This document shows positions 37,369-41,603 of a stretch of DNA of 41,603 nt, one piece after another. The notes below the pieces were generated by a model. That model saw nothing but the letters and a program-made list of their open reading frames with translations, had not been told where the DNA came from and did no database searches. A program made the translations under genes and the position numbers. The stretch comes from Chloroflexota bacterium. Its GTDB lineage: Bacteria; Chloroflexota; Limnocylindria; QHBO01. Within the stretch, counting starts at the first letter, position 1; each line of letters opens with the position of its first letter. The stretch is taken from the NCBI GenBank assembly GCA_005879775.1, contig VBJX01000001.1, positions 12,671 to 54,273 on the forward strand, read 5' to 3'.

Positions 37369-38345
37369 GAGCTGCCGTCCTCCGCTGGTCTCCCGTCCGC
37401 CGGCGGTCCCGCCACCAGCTGGCGGAAGCGCTCCTCCAGGCTCGGATGCAACAGCTCGACGCCGTAGACCTGTCCCCCGCCCTGGACGATGGCTGCCACC
37501 ATGCCGGGGATCGCCTCCTCCACGGCACCAGCGATGCGCAGCCAGGGCCCATCGGAGATCACCTCGTGATGCTCTCGCAACCTGGCCATGATTTCGTCCG
37601 GAATCCCCGTGGCCCGGATCCGCACCCCACCCGGCGTCAGCAGCTCGTCGAGCGTGCCGCTGGCCTGCAGCCGGCCGCGATGGATGATCGCCACCTGGTC
37701 GCACACCTGCTCCACCTCTGAGAGCTGGTGCGAGTTGAGCAGGACGGTGGTGCCCGCATCGCGCAGGCCGCGGATGATCTCGCGCAGCTCCAGCCTGCCA
37801 ATCGGGTCGAGCGCGGTGGTCGGCTCGTCCAGGATCACCAGGGCTGGAGTGCCGATCAGGGCCACGGCCAGGCCCAGGCGCTGCTGCATCCCCTTCGAGA
37901 AGGTCGCGACCCGGCTCTCGGCTCGGCCCTGGAGATCGGCGTTGAGGAGGGCGGTGTCGATCTCGCCCCCCCATCGGTCTCGCGGGATCCCTCCCAGGCG
38001 CAGGTGGAGACCCAGCACCTCGCGTGCCTTCAGCCAGCCTGGATAGCGGAACAGCTCGGGCAGGTAGCCGACCCGCTGTCGCGCCGCTGCGCGCTCGATT
38101 GGCTCACCCAGCAGGCGCCCACTTCCGCCATCGGCGTGCGTCAGGCCCAGGAGGACCTTCACCGCCGTGGTCTTGCCCGCCCCGTTGGGGCCGAGCAGGC
38201 CGAAGACGTGACCGCTTTGAACCTGCAGCTCGAGACCGTCCAGGGCGACGGTCTGGCCGTAGCGCTTGGTGAGGCCGTGCGCCTCGACCGCCAGGCCGTT
38301 CGGTGCCACGGGGAGGATCGGAGCCGATGCCATCGCCATGCCCAT
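37365..38345 (-). CDS. ABC transporter ATP-binding protein
   Basis: GPNGAGKTT, FSKGMQQR, ILDEPT and NSHQLSEVE. Confidence 0.9.
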   Translation of the reverse strand: MGMAMASAPILPVAPNGLAVEAHGLTKRYGQTVALDGLELQVQSGHVFGLLGPNGAGKTTAVKVLLGLTHADGGSGRLLGEPIERAAARQRVGYLPELFRYPGWLKAREVLGLHLRLGGIPRDRWGGEIDTALLNADLQGRAESRVATFSKGMQQRLGLAVALIGTPALVILDEPTTALDPIGRLELREIIRGLRDAGTTVLLNSHQLSEVEQVCDQVAIIHRGRLQASGTLDELLTPGGVRIRATGIPDEIMARLREHHEVISDGPWLRIAGAVEEAIPGMVAAIVQGGGQVYGVELLHPSLEERFRQLVAGPPADGRPAEDGSS

Positions 38346-38451
38346 CGCAGCCGATTGTGCCAGCGGCCCGCGGACGACGTCGCCGCCTGGCGATCGATCG
38401 CGATAAGTGCCGGCCAATTCGCTGGTAAGCAGGTTCAACGTAGTGTTCAGG

Positions 38452-38637
38452 TGATCTGATCAGTCCGCGGATGCGGATGCGCCGCGCCGGCGACCGGCAT
38501 GAGCCGTCGGGAGCACGAGGACCCCCTCCCCGGGTGAGTGGAGGGCGCTCGAGTGGCCCAATTGGGAGGCCCCGAATCCTCAGGTCGGGCTGGCCAAGTC
38601 CCAGGCGGCGGCGCTTTGCCAGCGAGCTGCGGTCAGG
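38452..38637 (+). ncRNA. Candidate ~185-nt structured ncRNA
   Basis: Promoter TTCGCT-N17-TAGTGT (38418-38446); long end-to-end stem plus three internal hairpins; G-U pairs favour the + strand. Confidence 0.5.
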
Positions 38638-40663
38638 CGACGCGCTTGCGCTTCTTGCTCACGTAGTCGACGAGGACGTACTCACCGAGGTGCTCCGGCT
38701 CTACGTAGAAGGCCCGCCCGCGGTTGATGCGGCTCATCAGGTCCACGAACTCCGACAGGTAGCGCGAGCGCTCGAGCATGAAGGTGTTGATCACGATCCC
38801 GTCGCGCGTGGCGCGCCCGACCTCGCGCAGGGTCGACTGCATGGTGCGCATGGTCGGCGGATAGGCGAACTCGACCTGCCCGTTGGCGATGTGCGCAGTC
38901 GGCTCGCCGTCGGTGATGACCACGATCTCCTTGTTGCCGCCGCGACGTCCAAGCAGTCCGCGCGCGATGATCAGGGCGTGCTGCAGGTTGGTCCCGTACT
39001 CGAACTCGTACGGGGAGAGGGTTGCGATCGCCTCCGGCGCAATCTGCCGCGCGTAGTACGCGAAGCCGACCACGTAGAGCCGGTCGCGGGGGTACTTGGT
39101 GGCGATCAGCGTGTGCAACGCCATCGCCACCCGCTTGGCCGCGGTCGAGCACCCGCGCAGCAGCATGGAGCGGCTCATGTCGAGGAGCAGCACGGTGCTG
39201 CTCACCGTGGTCTCCTCGGAGCGGTGCACCTCGAAGTCCGCGGGACCGATGGCGACCGGAAGGCCCGGCCCCGTGCGCGTCATGGCGTTGAGGAGGGTCC
39301 GATTGATGTCGACGGCGAAGGGATCGCCGAATTCGTACGGCTTGGTCTCGTCAGTGCGCTCGCCGCCCGTGCCGGCCTCTGGCAGCGCGTGGCTGCCGAG
39401 TGACTCGCGCCGGAGGCGGCTGAAGATGTCGGCCAGCGCCTGCGTTCCGAGCCGGCGAGCAGCACGTGCGGTCAGCTCGAGCCTCCCTCCATCGCGTTCC
39501 AGGTAGCCCGCTTCCTCGAGGGCGCGCGTCAGCTCGCGCAGCTGTGCGAGGTCGTCGGTGGCGTCGTCCCCGGCAAGGTCGCGGAGCAGGTCGGGGTCGA
39601 TGCGGCTCAGGCCATCCGGATCGCGCGCGCCGATCAGCTGCTCCTCCATCGCGTCGTAGCGCTGCTGACGGTCGATGGCGGCCATCGCCTCCGGCAGTCC
39701 CATCGGCTCGTCGCCCTCGAACGGGTACGGCTCGCCGAACGCCTGGTCGGGACGCAGCGCCTGGAGGTTGCCTGCCAGGCGAGCCATATCCCACCGCAAG
39801 CGGTCGTCCCGCAGGAGCTCGTCCATCATCCCCTGCAGCTCCTCGCGCATCTCCGGGGAGAGGGAGGCAAGCAGCGAGGCCATCTGTGAGGCCTGTCGGT
39901 GGAGATGGTCGATCAGCTGGTCGACGTTTTCGATGCCCGGCGGGAAATAGTGGCCGTGCTGGGTCATGAAGGCCTCGAAGTCGGCCTGGGTATCGGTGCC
40001 TTCCGCGTGCTTCTCCAGCAGCTGATTGAGGTCGCGCACCATCTCGCGCACGCCGGTGAGGTCCTCCGGCGTCACGCGCTGCACGCCCTCCTTCAGGCCC
40101 TGGAAGAAGTTCTGCAAGACCTGCTGGCGGAGCTCATCGGAGAGGGCATTGAAGGCGTCGCGGGCGTCGGGGTCCATGAATTCGTAGTCGCGCAACCCGT
40201 TGATTCGGCCGGCGAGGTTCGGGGGCAGGGCGTCGAGCCTATCGCGCCGCTGCTGGGCGGTGCGCCTCAGGACCTGCTCGCCCAGCCTGGCCTGGTCCTG
40301 GGCCTCGCCCGGAGGTGCGTCGAGCGATGCCTGCTCCGCGTCGTGCAGGCGCCGCTCGATGCCCGCGCGCTCCTGCTCGATGATCCGTGCCAATCGCTCC
40401 TCGAGGTCGCTGAGCACCGTGTCGAGGTTTGAGCGCTCCAGCTCAGCTTGTCGGCGCCGCCGCAGCTGCTCGAGGATGCGGCGAAGCCCTGGAATGTCGC
40501 CGCCACGCGCGCCGCGCATGCCGCGCTGCATGAGTCGCTGCAAGGCGCGTCGAACATCGCCCTCGGCCAGCACGTCCTCGCTCAGCGCGCGCAGCACGTC
40601 ATCGGCGTCGAAGGGCGGAAGCTGCTGCGAGCCATCCCAGCGCGAATACCGGTACGTGCTCAC
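38633..40663 (-). CDS. VWA domain-containing protein (Rv0959-like)
   Basis: YRYSRWDG N-terminus, MIDAS motif LLDMSRSM, GTNL and ITDGEPTAH. Confidence 0.88.
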   Translation of the reverse strand: MSTYRYSRWDGSQQLPPFDADDVLRALSEDVLAEGDVRRALQRLMQRGMRGARGGDIPGLRRILEQLRRRRQAELERSNLDTVLSDLEERLARIIEQERAGIERRLHDAEQASLDAPPGEAQDQARLGEQVLRRTAQQRRDRLDALPPNLAGRINGLRDYEFMDPDARDAFNALSDELRQQVLQNFFQGLKEGVQRVTPEDLTGVREMVRDLNQLLEKHAEGTDTQADFEAFMTQHGHYFPPGIENVDQLIDHLHRQASQMASLLASLSPEMREELQGMMDELLRDDRLRWDMARLAGNLQALRPDQAFGEPYPFEGDEPMGLPEAMAAIDRQQRYDAMEEQLIGARDPDGLSRIDPDLLRDLAGDDATDDLAQLRELTRALEEAGYLERDGGRLELTARAARRLGTQALADIFSRLRRESLGSHALPEAGTGGERTDETKPYEFGDPFAVDINRTLLNAMTRTGPGLPVAIGPADFEVHRSEETTVSSTVLLLDMSRSMLLRGCSTAAKRVAMALHTLIATKYPRDRLYVVGFAYYARQIAPEAIATLSPYEFEYGTNLQHALIIARGLLGRRGGNKEIVVITDGEPTAHIANGQVEFAYPPTMRTMQSTLREVGRATRDGIVINTFMLERSRYLSEFVDLMSRINRGRAFYVEPEHLGEYVLVDYVSKKRKRVA

Positions 40664-40702
40664 GCGCCGTCCCCCGGCCGGGCAGCCGGGTCCTCCAATC
40701 GT

Positions 40703-41603
40703 CTAGCGGGCGTAGCGCACCGCGCCGCCGCGGCGCTCCTTGTTGAGACGACGGTTGAGATGCAGGCCCTCGAGGACGAACTCCACCCCACTCGCCAGCG
40801 AGGCCGGCGACTCCCCCACATCGAGGCGGCCGATGACCCGGCGCAGCTCGGCGATCTCGCTCACCAGCTTTTCGTGGGCGCTGCTCGGCACGTACTCCCC
40901 GACCTCCGCGGCGGCGCCCGCCTCGAACCGCTCGATCAGCGGGGCGAGCTCGGACAACGCGAAGCGGCGGTTGAAGACGTTCAAGGTGGCCCGCGCCAGG
41001 AGCTTCTCCACCACGCGGTCCTCGCGCGCCTCGTCGCCGAGCGTCTCGAGCTCGATCTTGCCAGCCGTGGAAGCCACGACCGCCGGCAGGTCGCTGATGC
41101 GGGGCGCGGCGGTGGGCTCGCTGAGGCGCACCGCGCGCTTGAGGGCGGTCGCCGTCAGCGTTTCGGCGTTGTTGATCGTGACCCGCACCGACACGCCCGA
41201 CCGCTGGCTGACCTCCGAGGAGCGCCTCGCCAGCTGCGAGAGCTCTGCCACGATCTCCTTCATGAAGCCTGGCACGTGGACCGCGATCGCGTCGGGTGCA
41301 TCGGCGTCGAAGGTGGTCGCCTCCTGGTCCATGATCGCGATCTCGGTGGCAGCCTCCTCGGGGTAGTGCGTCCGGATCTGCGCGCCGAAGCGGTCCTTGA
41401 GCGGGGTGATAATCCGTCCGCGGCTGGTGTAGTCCTCCGGGTTGGCGCTGGCGATGACGAACAGGTCCAGGTTGAGGCGGACTCGGTAGCCGCGAATCTG
41501 GACGTCGCGCTCCTCCATCACGTTCAGCAGACCCACCTGGATGCGCTCGGCGAGGTCCGGGAGCTCGTTGATGGCGAAGATGCCGCGATGCGTGCGCGGC
41601 AGC
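40703..41603 (-). CDS. Magnesium-chelatase-like/MoxR-clade AAA+ ATPase (Rv0958-like), 5' part outside the window
   Basis: HRGIFAINELPDL, LLNVMEERDVQIRG and SANPEDYTSRGRIITPLKDRFG. Confidence 0.88.
   Translation of the reverse strand, partial: LPRTHRGIFAINELPDLAERIQVGLLNVMEERDVQIRGYRVRLNLDLFVIASANPEDYTSRGRIITPLKDRFGAQIRTHYPEEAATEIAIMDQEATTFDADAPDAIAVHVPGFMKEIVAELSQLARRSSEVSQRSGVSVRVTINNAETLTATALKRAVRLSEPTAAPRISDLPAVVASTAGKIELETLGDEAREDRVVEKLLARATLNVFNRRFALSELAPLIERFEAGAAAEVGEYVPSSAHEKLVSEIAELRRVIGRLDVGESPASLASGVEFVLEGLHLNRRLNKERRGGAVRYAR

Noticed and set aside
38575..38600. TCAGGTC resemblance to SRP RNA domain IV
   Set aside because: The GGAAGGAAGCAGC continuation is absent

Overview
High-GC bacterial chromosomal window with no integrase, transposase, phage genes or CRISPR array. 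Gene content and many leaderless-type promoters suggest a Chloroflexota- or Actinobacteria-like soil organism (inference). It holds about 38 CDS and two tRNAs (Arg-TCT, Glu-CTC). The CDS include two paralogous PotABCD-type polyamine ABC operons, an FTR1 iron permease, a TPR-rhomboid protease, a BldC-like HTH protein, a fused ThDP E1 alpha/beta plus FabD-like plus AlkA-like operon, a His/Met-repeat CopB-type ATPase, a PadR-DrrAB module, DUF1015, acetoacetate-CoA ligase, an acyl-CoA dehydrogenase, LLM and flavin-reductase genes, and a chelatase-like AAA+/VWA pair. Two genes are split by internal deletions. The most notable unexplained signals are: (i) two DnaA-box clusters flanking a small hypothetical gene next to tRNA-Arg, with a G-U-rich long hairpin beside one cluster; (ii) a candidate ~185-nt four-way-junction ncRNA with its own promoter at 38452-38637; (iii) an E1/FabD-like pair with no E2 or E3; (iv) an unannotated 18-aa ORF downstream of 11-bp-phased direct repeats. 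All folds and motif matches were made by eye and need computational confirmation.
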